Assembly (NCBI GenBank): GCA_963762565.1
Contig: CAVXLD010000012.1
Coordinates: forward strand, 448,001 to 512,000
Reading direction: 5' to 3'
Source: an uncultured Verrucomicrobiae bacterium
Lineage (GTDB): Bacteria; Verrucomicrobiota; Verrucomicrobiia; Chthoniobacterales; JAFAMB01
DNA: 64,000 bases
The translations under genes were made by a program, and so were the position numbers. Positions within the stretch are counted from its first letter, which is position 1. The number at the start of each line of letters is the position of its first letter. Positions 50,661-59,408 of the stretch are shown here, piece after piece. Under the pieces are notes generated by a model. That model had not been told where the DNA came from and made no database searches. It saw nothing but the letters and a program-made list of their open reading frames with translations.

Positions 50661-51070
50661 TCGTTTATCCACCAACCGCAAATCACGGAACAAAACCTCG
50701 CGCAGCGGACGCAAAGGACGCAGAGGGAAGAGAGGTGAAAGGCCCGCCCTGAGCAAACATCAAGCGCGTCGAATGGGTGATTGTTGATTTCGTGGAGCGC
50801 TGCCTCGCTTGCGAGGCCGACGGTCGGAACAAATCTTTAATAGCCCCGCCTTCGCCAAGCCTACGGCGCGGCAAGCTGCAAAAACCTGTCGCGCCCTAGG
50901 CTTGGCGAAGGCGGAAGGCACAAAAAGCGCAAAAAAAATAAGTCAGAGCGAAGCCTTATGGAAGTGCGACCTGTCCGCCATAGCTGTGGGTCGATGTAGG
51001 CAGCGCTTTTTACCTTTCACTTTTCACTTTTCACCTCTCACCCGTCTTCCCTTTGCGTCCGTAGCGTCCT

Positions 51071-51360
51071 CTGCGCGAGGTTTTCTTTTGCGTTCTTTGT
51101 GCTCTTTTGCGGCTATTAAGGTTTTCCACCAATCACCAATCGCCAATCACTAATCACTAATCACTAATCACTAATCACCGATCACCGATCACCGATCACC
51201 GATCACCGATCACCGATCACCGCGGGCATGATAGACCGGACGACGTCCCCTGCGCGAGGTTTTCTTTTGCGTTCTTTGTGCTCTTTTGCGGCTATTAAGG
51301 TTTTCCACCAATCACCAATCACTAATCACCAATCACCGCGGGCATGATAGACCGGACGAC
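51071..51360 (+). repeat. Tandem duplication including the first 17 nt of the EamA gene
   Basis: 51071-51244 versus 51250-51360, differing mainly in heptamer tract length. Confidence 0.85.
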
Positions 51361-52282
51361 AAAAGGCGTTCTGCTGGGCTTTGCCTCCTTTGCCGTGTTC
51401 TCCTTTAGCGACGCCTGCGTCAAGCTGATCAACGGAGGTCTACCCCCTTATGAATCGGCCTTTTTCGGTGCGCTGTTTGGTCTGACCATCCTACCTTTTC
51501 TGTTACGCAAAGGGGATCATTGGATCGATATCATCAGCACAACGAACCTGCCCCTTTGGTTAATCAGATTCCTGGCCTATCCAATGGGCGTGATCGGCAG
51601 TGTTACTGCTTTCAGCCATTTATCAATGGCTGAGGCGTTCGTCCTGATCTTTCTGCAGCCCGCTTATATCACGGTGATGTCAGTCTTTTTCCTGAAGGAA
51701 CAGGTGGCTTGGCGGCGCTGGTGCGCCGTAGCAATTGGTTTCCTCGGAGTGCTGATTGTCCTTAGACCCGGCTTTCGCGCACTTTCAATCGGACATCTCG
51801 GCGCTCTGTTTGCTGGTCTTGGCGGCGCTATCTCCGTAGTGGCTTTCCGAGCGGCCAGAGGCAAAGAAAAGAATATCTCATTATTCGGCGCGGGAATCCT
51901 GGGTGGCGTCATTGTGTGCGGCCTACTGACCCTTCCGCGTTTCACGCTACCTAACGCGGACCAATGGGCGAAATTGGCTGGCTACGGATTGCTCGCCGCG
52001 TTCGCGAACGTGCTGACCATGCGAGCCGCGCGAGAGGCTCCAGCGGCCTATATCGGACCGACCCAATATAGTCAGATGCTTTGGGCGATCCTGCTCGGCT
52101 ATCTCCTGTTCGGCGACAGTGTCAACATACCCATCATGATCGGCATCGTGCTGATCGTAGCTTCAGGCCTCTTAACATTGATGCGCGAAAATGTCCGGGG
52201 AACCCCATTGCCTCCATCCGTCGGCGGGGAGCGCCACGTCGCGGCAGCCTTGGCCCCGGAGAACTCGCAGGAACAAATGTGA
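51344..52282 (+). CDS. DMT/EamA family transporter
   Basis: About 10 TM in two EamA repeats; FLKEQVAWRRW; PTQYSQMLWA. Confidence 0.9.
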   Translation: MIDRTTKGVLLGFASFAVFSFSDACVKLINGGLPPYESAFFGALFGLTILPFLLRKGDHWIDIISTTNLPLWLIRFLAYPMGVIGSVTAFSHLSMAEAFVLIFLQPAYITVMSVFFLKEQVAWRRWCAVAIGFLGVLIVLRPGFRALSIGHLGALFAGLGGAISVVAFRAARGKEKNISLFGAGILGGVIVCGLLTLPRFTLPNADQWAKLAGYGLLAAFANVLTMRAAREAPAAYIGPTQYSQMLWAILLGYLLFGDSVNIPIMIGIVLIVASGLLTLMRENVRGTPLPPSVGGERHVAAALAPENSQEQM

Positions 52283-52331
52283 TTGGTGATTAGTGACTGG
52301 TGATTGGTGGGAAACCTCGACAGCGACGAAA

Positions 52332-52460
52332 GAGCGAAGCCTAGTAGAGCCGCGTAGCGTTTACCCCGGAGCATTTCGGGGGTGAAATAATTATAGCCTA
52401 GGGTGAGTCCTCGAGCCCTAGGTAAACAGGGAAAAGAGTACCAGCGCTGTAAGCGCGGCA
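52332..52460. repeat. REP-like family D (CCTAGGG...CCCTAGG), also at 54275-54378 and 57845-57953
   Basis: Shared GAGCGRAGCCTA...AGCCTAGGGTGA...GCCCTAGG...GCGCTG.A.GCGCG. Confidence 0.7.
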
Positions 52461-52667
52461 GACTCGGTGTCGGCGTGCTGGCGGTCGATCCCGCGTGTGC
52501 GGCCTAGCCATTGTTGCAGGGGTCGCGAGCCTTGTCTGCGTAAATTTCACCCCGGAGAATTTCGGGGCTGCGGTTGATGTTTTTCCCCAACGCCAATCAC
52601 CAATCACCAATCACTAATCACTAATCACTAATCACCCGTCCCCCCTCTGCGCGAGGTTCTGTTCCGA

Positions 52668-54263
52668 TCACTTCTTTTGCAACAGGCTGAGTTCAACCTC
52701 TCTCGATGGTATCGGCGGAAAAAGAAAGGCAATTGCCGGGAACCGTCCCGTGGGAAAGACAAGGGCGGGGAGAGAGTAGTGATGACTCCTTAAAAGCTTG
52801 TAACCTCGACTTTCGATCTCGCCAGATGTCGTACCAAACCATTTCGGCCCAATTTTACTGTCCCAAAACACTATTGTCCCTGCCGGCCCTTTCTCTAAAA
52901 CCGAAAGTAGCTTCTCTCGATTCGTTGCCGGAGGACTATCTTTTAGGTTCCGGTTAAGATCGATACACATCCGGCCGTTGCTCCAGATTAGACCGGGCAG
53001 CGACGAATGCTGCGTTTGTAGCCAGTTCGCCATATCATCGATCGCAACTGCGTCACGCGCCCAAACCATCGAGTCCATGTAATGAACACTCTGCAGAATG
53101 GAAAAAATGATGACTACCCACCCGGCGACTGCCGCAAACGGGCGCAAGCTCTTCACTGAAAAAATTGTGTGCCAACCTTGCAGGGTTAACACAGCAATAG
53201 CCGCAGCAACCGAAACCATGTAACGCGGAAATCCTGCTTCCCCAAAAAGCCCGTACTTAACAAAAACCGAGTGTAACAAAAACAATACCAAGAAAACGGA
53301 CGTGATTAGTATCCAAGAGAGGGAACGGAATCCTCGTACCAAACCGACAATGAAGGGAACGATTAAAATGACACCCGCAAACTCTTGGCTACGCTGCGCG
53401 TAACTAAGAAACGTACCATGCCCATACATATCGGTGTGCCAAGTAGCGGGCCAATTATGCAAGATAAAGAGCGAATCACCGGTTAAGAGCAAAGCAGCCA
53501 ACCACCAGAGTACGACCCCGCTGGCGAGGATAACGATCGATCCCAACCGACGAAGTATCCCTTGGAGCGCTGCCTCGCTCTTGTCCTCCGACTTGTCCGA
53601 CGAAGCCTTGGCGAAGTCGGAAGCTTTAGCGAAGGAGGATGCGAGACCGTCGTGGCGTTCCCCGTCCGCCAAACACCGAACGCCGACTTGTCCTCCGAAG
53701 CCTTGGCGAAGGAGGAACTCCAACCGCCAAACGTCAAACGCCACCCATAAACCCCAAAGAAGACAGACAAATACTCCTTCCGGCCGGGCGAGAGGAAGAA
53801 GCGATGCAACTAACATCCCCGATTTTACCCGACCGCTAATATGACACCGAAGCGCGATCACTAGAAGTAGAGCAAACAACGGCTCGGTGAACAGACTCGA
53901 GTAAAGTTCGAAGAATGTCTGTTGACCAAGGAGCAGCGGTATTACCAGCCAAGCGCGCGACAAGTCTAGATCAGAAGCCAGCCGATAAGTCTGCCAGGCA
54001 ACGGCCACGCTGATAGCCAGAGCAAAGAATCGCGCTGGGACAAAACCGAGCGCGGCCACCGGTGCAAAAAGCGTGGTAAACAACGGACGCCCCCAGACAT
54101 CAACAAAATAAAAATGATCAACCCAGGCCGTACGAGCCATCAAGAAATGGTAATCGACATCTTGTTCCGGTGACCCTGGGAAAAGAAAAATCAACAGAAC
54201 ACCGATGACCGCCATGAATACCACGGCAATCAGCGCACGCCGCGAATCATCGACTTGTTGCAT
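52668..54263 (-). CDS. Polytopic membrane protein, possibly a GT-C fold glycosyltransferase, with an in-frame repeat insertion
   Basis: Many TM segments; EQD, TEPLF, ARPEG and PRY motifs; repeat-derived segment at about 53563-53743. Confidence 0.7.
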   Translation of the reverse strand: MQQVDDSRRALIAVVFMAVIGVLLIFLFPGSPEQDVDYHFLMARTAWVDHFYFVDVWGRPLFTTLFAPVAALGFVPARFFALAISVAVAWQTYRLASDLDLSRAWLVIPLLLGQQTFFELYSSLFTEPLFALLLVIALRCHISGRVKSGMLVASLLPLARPEGVFVCLLWGLWVAFDVWRLEFLLRQGFGGQVGVRCLADGERHDGLASSFAKASDFAKASSDKSEDKSEAALQGILRRLGSIVILASGVVLWWLAALLLTGDSLFILHNWPATWHTDMYGHGTFLSYAQRSQEFAGVILIVPFIVGLVRGFRSLSWILITSVFLVLFLLHSVFVKYGLFGEAGFPRYMVSVAAAIAVLTLQGWHTIFSVKSLRPFAAVAGWVVIIFSILQSVHYMDSMVWARDAVAIDDMANWLQTQHSSLPGLIWSNGRMCIDLNRNLKDSPPATNREKLLSVLEKGPAGTIVFWDSKIGPKWFGTTSGEIESRGYKLLRSHHYSLPALVFPTGRFPAIAFLFPPIPSREVELSLLQKK

Positions 54264-54567
54264 ACGGACTGGAAGAGCGGAGCCTAGTAGAGGTGCGAAG
54301 CACTGGAAAGAATTTAGCCTAGGGTGAAGCCCTAGGTATTCGATTTAAAAAACGCCCGGCGCTGAAGGCGCGCAAGAAATGTTGTCCCAAAGAACCCTTT
54401 GTGATTTCCCACGTGTTCTTGCCTAGCGACATCTTCCCACCAATCACGAATCACCAATCACCTTTCGCGCTCTTCCCGCCCCTATCTGCTTAAATTTCAC
54501 CCCGGAGAATTTCGGGGCTGCGGTTAGTCTGTCTTTCTTCGGGTGCACCATTCCCCCTGAGCGGCCA

Positions 54568-54900
54568 CTAACCAATCAACGCACGTAACTTGGCTCGGAC
54601 TTCGGCCAACTCAGCCGATGTTACCCGGCCTTTTGGCTGCGCCTTACCTTCGCGCCAATCGAGACTCTTCACCTGATCGGCTAGCACAACGCTGGAAGGC
54701 AAACCACCGATCTGGACCTCGAATGGATAACCCTTAATGTGGGTTGTTAGCGGACAACAGATTAGCAGACCAGCTTTCCGGTTGTACGCCGCCGGGCTAA
54801 GTACGAGCGCCGGACGATGCCCAGCCTGTTCGTAACCGGCCTGTGGCGTAAAATTCAGCCAGACGATCTCGCCGGCATCGGGCACGTATCCTCGCGCCAT
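54568..54900 (-). CDS. mazF: MazF/PemK endoribonuclease toxin
   Basis: YVPDAGEIVWLNFTPQAGYEQAGHRPALVLSP; DQVKSLDW. Confidence 0.95.
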   Translation of the reverse strand: MARGYVPDAGEIVWLNFTPQAGYEQAGHRPALVLSPAAYNRKAGLLICCPLTTHIKGYPFEVQIGGLPSSVVLADQVKSLDWREGKAQPKGRVTSAELAEVRAKLRALIG

Positions 54901-55142
54901 TACCAGGATTCTTCCCCTTGCGGAGACCCGGAATCGACCGCTTCATGCAAATTCTTCGGAGTTATCCGATCCACTAGCTCGTCTAGATCGTATCCCTTAG
55001 ACCGCACGGGTTTGAGAATGATCTTGCTTCCCTTTTCGGAAATATCGACGAGATCTTCGATTCGGATATCGGCAGCCTCCAAAATCGTTGCCGGAATTCG
55101 CACCGCCGCGCTATTACCCCATTTTTTTACCGTCGTTCTCAT
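54900..55142 (-). CDS. mazE: MazE antitoxin
   Basis: VKKWGNSAAVRIP; LDELVDRITPKNLH; GEESW. Confidence 0.93.
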   Translation of the reverse strand: MRTTVKKWGNSAAVRIPATILEAADIRIEDLVDISEKGSKIILKPVRSKGYDLDELVDRITPKNLHEAVDSGSPQGEESW

Positions 55143-55145
55143 AGC

Positions 55146-55168
55146 GAGTATATACATCGTATATACTC
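55146..55168. promoter_or_regulatory. mazEF operator palindrome
   Basis: Perfect IR GAGTATATAC-ATC-GTATATACTC, 3 bp upstream of the mazE ATG. Confidence 0.75.
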
Positions 55169-55431
55169 ATAAGCGACTATTAGACAACCAAAAACCAATT
55201 GGGCGCTTCCTTCCCCAAAACCCATTTCACCCCGGAGAATTTCGGGGCTGCGGTTAGATCTGTCTTTCTTCGCTTCGATTCGTCGCCCGTCGCGCCGTAG
55301 GCTTTGCGGAGGCGGATTCATTCGCGGTCCGTCTTCAATCTGTCATTTGTCATTTGTCATCTGTCATACGCGTAGCGCCCTGCGGTTCGTGTTTTATTAG
55401 GCTTTTCGATTTAAGGTTATGATTGAGCCCA

Positions 55432-56682
55432 ATGGACCCGATTGATCCAGTCTCGGCCCCGCGGGGCTGCGCTTTGAGAAGCACGGCGGTGACACCCGAA
55501 GCTTATCGGGCACTATGGGGGTCCGCCCTTGGATATGCCATGGACGGGTTCGATCTCCTGATCCTTGGCTTCATGCTACGCCAGATTGCGAGTGACCTTC
55601 ATTTGAACGCTCCGCAGGCCGGGTCTCTGGTAACGGTAACACTCATTGGTGCGGTAGCTGGCGGTCTGCTGTTCGGTCTGCTCTCGGACCGGCTTGGACG
55701 GATCCGGGTATTGACCTGGACGATCGTTGTGTTCGCGGTGTTCACCGGCCTTTGCGCGTTCGCCCAAGATTATTGGGACCTTTTGGTTTATCGCGCCTTA
55801 GCCGGATTTGGGCTCGGTGGCGAGTTCGGGATCGGGATGGCGTTAGTCGCGGAAGCATGGCCGGCAGCAAAACGTGCCCGCGCATCATCCTACGTCGGGC
55901 TCGGCTGGCAATTCGGTGTCCTGGGCGCAGCGCTGGCGACACCGGCATTACTGCCGATCATCGGCTGGCGAGGAATGTTCGTGCTCGGCCTCTTTCCGGC
56001 CGCAGTCGCGTACGTAATCCGCCGCCACCTGGACGAACCGGAAGTGTTTACGGCCCGAGCCCATCATCAGCTTCCGTTATTCACCCGTTTACGGATGCTG
56101 ATAGACGATCGGGCAACGGCCCAAGTAAGTCTGGCCATGACGATCCTCTGCTCCGTGCAAAACTTTGGCTATTACGGCGTGATGATCTGGTTACCAAATT
56201 ATCTCTGTGGACGGTTCGGTTACAGTTTAACTCAGTCTGCCATATGGACTGCCGTAACCGTGGGCGGAATGATAGCCGGCATCTGGATCTTTGGCCACGT
56301 AGCCGACCGTCTCGGCCGGCGTCCGGCATTTGTTATCTATATGCTAGGTGCGGCGGTTTTAGTTATTGCCTACTCGCGTCTCACCGATGCAATCGCCTTG
56401 CTGGTAACAGGCGCAATCATGGGGTTCTTTGTTAACGGAATGCTGGGGGGTTACGGAGCGCTGATGAGTGAGTTATATCCTACGGAGGTCCGGGCGACAG
56501 CCCAAAACGTCTTGTTCAATCTCGGCCGAGCCATTGGCGGTCTAGGACCGGTTACCGTTGGAGCCGTGACCCTATGGTGGGGATTCCCCGTTGCCATCGC
56601 ATTACTCGCGTTGCTCTACCTGCTCGATCTTATCGTACTGCTGCTGTTCATCCCGGAAAAGCGCGGCGCAGAGGTGGGTTAG
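55432..56682 (+). CDS. MFS transporter (aromatic acid/sialate-like)
   Basis: DGFD; GLLSDRLGR; GLGGEFG; SELYPTEVRA. Confidence 0.92.
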   Translation: MDPIDPVSAPRGCALRSTAVTPEAYRALWGSALGYAMDGFDLLILGFMLRQIASDLHLNAPQAGSLVTVTLIGAVAGGLLFGLLSDRLGRIRVLTWTIVVFAVFTGLCAFAQDYWDLLVYRALAGFGLGGEFGIGMALVAEAWPAAKRARASSYVGLGWQFGVLGAALATPALLPIIGWRGMFVLGLFPAAVAYVIRRHLDEPEVFTARAHHQLPLFTRLRMLIDDRATAQVSLAMTILCSVQNFGYYGVMIWLPNYLCGRFGYSLTQSAIWTAVTVGGMIAGIWIFGHVADRLGRRPAFVIYMLGAAVLVIAYSRLTDAIALLVTGAIMGFFVNGMLGGYGALMSELYPTEVRATAQNVLFNLGRAIGGLGPVTVGAVTLWWGFPVAIALLALLYLLDLIVLLLFIPEKRGAEVG

Positions 56683-56917
56683 TGAACGCAAAGAGAAGAC
56701 AACAACCGCAGACGGACCCGCCTCCGCAAGGCCTTCGTAGCTTGCCGCGCCGTAGGCCTTGCGGAGGCGGGTCCATCTGCGGTTGTTGTCTTTTCTTTGC
56801 GGCTTTGCGTCCTTGGCCGACGTAGCTAAAGGGGGAGATGGGGCGTAGTCTGCTTTGCGTGAGATTTTTCTTCGTCTTATCTTTGTGTCCTCTGTGTCTT
56901 TGTAGTGAAATTTGCGG

Positions 56918-57742
56918 CTATTCTAAAAAGAGGTCGGTGATCAATTCTTGTCGCGGATCAACCGCATAACCACTGAAATCGGTGACACCTGCTTCCCGCA
57001 AAACATCTTCGTCAATACAGAACTGCCCGGTAAAGCTTCTCGAGTCACGAGTTAGTATCACCTGCGCGGCGTCAGCCACAATTTCAGGGTTCCTACAACG
57101 GCTCTGCTCGATGCCTGGTATCAAGTTAAGCGCAGCCGTTCGAATGATGGTCTTCGGCCAGAGACAGTTAAACGCGACCCCGGCGTCCTTCCATTCGGCA
57201 GCAAGACCGAAGCTAACCATAGCCATAGCAAACTTAGAAACCGTGTAAGCGGTATGCTGCGCAAACCACCGCTGAGCCATCGAGATGGGAGGCGCTAACG
57301 TTAAAACGTGAGGATTTTCCCGGCCGATCAAATGAGGGAGACAGAGTTTCGAACAGAGGAATGTCCCGCGAACATTAACCTGCTGCATAAGATCGAATCG
57401 CTTGAGTTCAGTTACATCTGCCCGGGTCAACTGAATCGCGCTGGCATTGTTAACCAGAATATCGATTCCCCCAAAGGTCTTGACGCATTCCGCCACCGCA
57501 TACGCAACCTGTTCATCTGATCGAATGTCTACCGCCAACGGCAACGCTTTCCCGCCAGCCTGTTCGATCTGTTCCGCAGCCGTGTAAATGGTACCGGCCA
57601 ATCGGGGATGCGGCGTCACGGTTTTCGCAACCACCGCGACGTTAGCTCCGTCTCTAGCCGCCCGTAGCGCAATCGCCAGCCCAATCCCGCGACTGGCGCC
57701 GGTAATGAAGAGAGTACGACCCTTTAGGCTACGCTGTTCCAC
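56918..57742 (-). CDS. SDR oxidoreductase (HSDL2/citronellol dehydrogenase-like)
   Basis: TGASRGIG; PHPRLAGTI; NNASAI; YTVSK. Confidence 0.9.
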   Translation of the reverse strand: MEQRSLKGRTLFITGASRGIGLAIALRAARDGANVAVVAKTVTPHPRLAGTIYTAAEQIEQAGGKALPLAVDIRSDEQVAYAVAECVKTFGGIDILVNNASAIQLTRADVTELKRFDLMQQVNVRGTFLCSKLCLPHLIGRENPHVLTLAPPISMAQRWFAQHTAYTVSKFAMAMVSFGLAAEWKDAGVAFNCLWPKTIIRTAALNLIPGIEQSRCRNPEIVADAAQVILTRDSRSFTGQFCIDEDVLREAGVTDFSGYAVDPRQELITDLFLE

Positions 57743-58208
57743 AAGTCAGACCTTAATGATCTCGCGCCAACACGGCAAAGACGAACCGCAGATGGACGCA
57801 CAGGGGGAGGGTGAAAGGTGATTGGTGAAAGGTGAAAGGTAAAAAGCGGAGCCTAATAAAGCCGCGTAGCGGTGAAATATTTATAGCCTAGGGTGAGTCT
57901 GCGAGCCCTAGGAAAGCATCCAAAAGACCGCCCAGCGCTGAAAGCGCGCAAGAATCGCATCCCGAAGACCCACGACTCGCAAGCTCAATCTAGGCTCTCC
58001 TGTAACAGACCCATCTGCGTAAATCTGCATAAATTTCGCCCCGGAGAATTTCGGGGCTGCGGTTGTTGTCTTCTCTTTGCGGCTTTGCGTCTTGGCGTGA
58101 GATTTTCTCTTCGTCTTTTTTTGCGTTCTTTGTGTTCTTTTGCGGCTATTTCACCTTTCGAGATCGGAGCGCTTCGGCTATTGGTTATTAGAGATTCGCG
58201 AAGCGATT

Positions 58209-58529
58209 ATGTCTCTTTCTCGCATCATATTCCGCGATGTGCCCATAAATGCCTGGATCGATCGCTATGAAACGAGCCATCGGAACCCAGTTAACCGCGT
58301 CTTTCACACGTTTGGTATTCCCATGATCGCGGTTTCAATCCCGCTTTTCCTATTAGCTCCCCTGATTCGAGGATTTTGGAGAATCCCGCTGTCACTGTTT
58401 ACCTTGGGTTGGATCTGCCAATTTCTCGGACATATTGCCGAAGGCAAGCCACCAGAATTCCTCAAAGACTGGCGTTTTCTGTTGGTCGGACTTCGTTGGT
58501 GGCTGAGGACGATAGGTGATGCGAAATAA
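58209..58529 (+). CDS. DUF962/Mpo1-like membrane protein
   Basis: YETSHRNPVNRVFHTFGIP; GWICQFLGH..EGKPP. Confidence 0.88.
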   Translation: MSLSRIIFRDVPINAWIDRYETSHRNPVNRVFHTFGIPMIAVSIPLFLLAPLIRGFWRIPLSLFTLGWICQFLGHIAEGKPPEFLKDWRFLLVGLRWWLRTIGDAK

Positions 58530-58742
58530 CTGAGCCAGACTGCAGGTACCCCGCGATTCTTTTCCAGTTGTACCAAGTTTCCAAAGGCGGAGCGCTTACA
58601 AGTCACCTATTGGACTTCCTACGCCTCGCAAGCTCACTCCCGCGGCCGTGGAAAGGCACCGCTCCAAGGGCCCCCTATCTGCGTCCATTTCACCCCGGAG
58701 AATTTCGGGGCTGCGGTTAGTGTTTTATTTTGCGCGTCAACT

Positions 58743-59408
58743 ATGGCATTGAGGGCGATGCCACGATCAGGCTCGCAAGAAAGGGTTCAATCGGTTGGTG
58801 AAGAAATTGCCAACAGCGTCAGCTCCGGAATTTCATTGCTGGCCATCCTCTGCGGAATCCCTTTTCTCATCAGATCGGCGGCGCAACATGGAAGTAAACT
58901 GAGTCTAGCCGGTGTGATCGTCTTCGCGATCGCGATGGGGTTACTTTACCTGGCCTCCACCATCTATCATGCATGGCCGCGAACCGATCTGAAAAAACTC
59001 TTCCGCCTGTTCGACCACTCCGCGATCTTTCTTCTCATAGCCGGTACGTATACCCCATTCGCTCTCGGACCGTTGCGTGGGGTTTGGGGTTGGGTACTTC
59101 TCGGTACGGTTTGGTGTTTGGCGTTTTTGGGAATCGGGTTCAGAGCAATCGGCGGATTAAGATACCGGTGGATCTCGATTTGCTTGTATGTCGGTATGGG
59201 CTGGATGGCCGTTTTCGCGATTCGCCTGTTTTGGGTGTACGTACCGCTCGCCGGATTACTCTGGCTGGCCGCCGGCGGACTTGCTTACACCGGCGGGATC
59301 GCTTTCTACCTGGCCAAGCAGCTCCGTTATAGCCATTTCATCTGGCATCTGTTTGTCGCCACCGGAACCGCTTGCCACTTCTTCGCCGTCCTCTGGTACG
59401 CAGGCTAA
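58743..59408 (+). CDS. Hemolysin III/PAQR family membrane protein
   Basis: EEIANSVS; STIYH; DHSAIFLLIAGTYTP; HFIWHLFV. Confidence 0.92.
   Translation: MALRAMPRSGSQERVQSVGEEIANSVSSGISLLAILCGIPFLIRSAAQHGSKLSLAGVIVFAIAMGLLYLASTIYHAWPRTDLKKLFRLFDHSAIFLLIAGTYTPFALGPLRGVWGWVLLGTVWCLAFLGIGFRAIGGLRYRWISICLYVGMGWMAVFAIRLFWVYVPLAGLLWLAAGGLAYTGGIAFYLAKQLRYSHFIWHLFVATGTACHFFAVLWYAG

Noticed and set aside
29780..58720. Classical integron cassette array
   Set aside because: There is no integrase, genes lie on both strands, and I could not identify attC R/L box structure.
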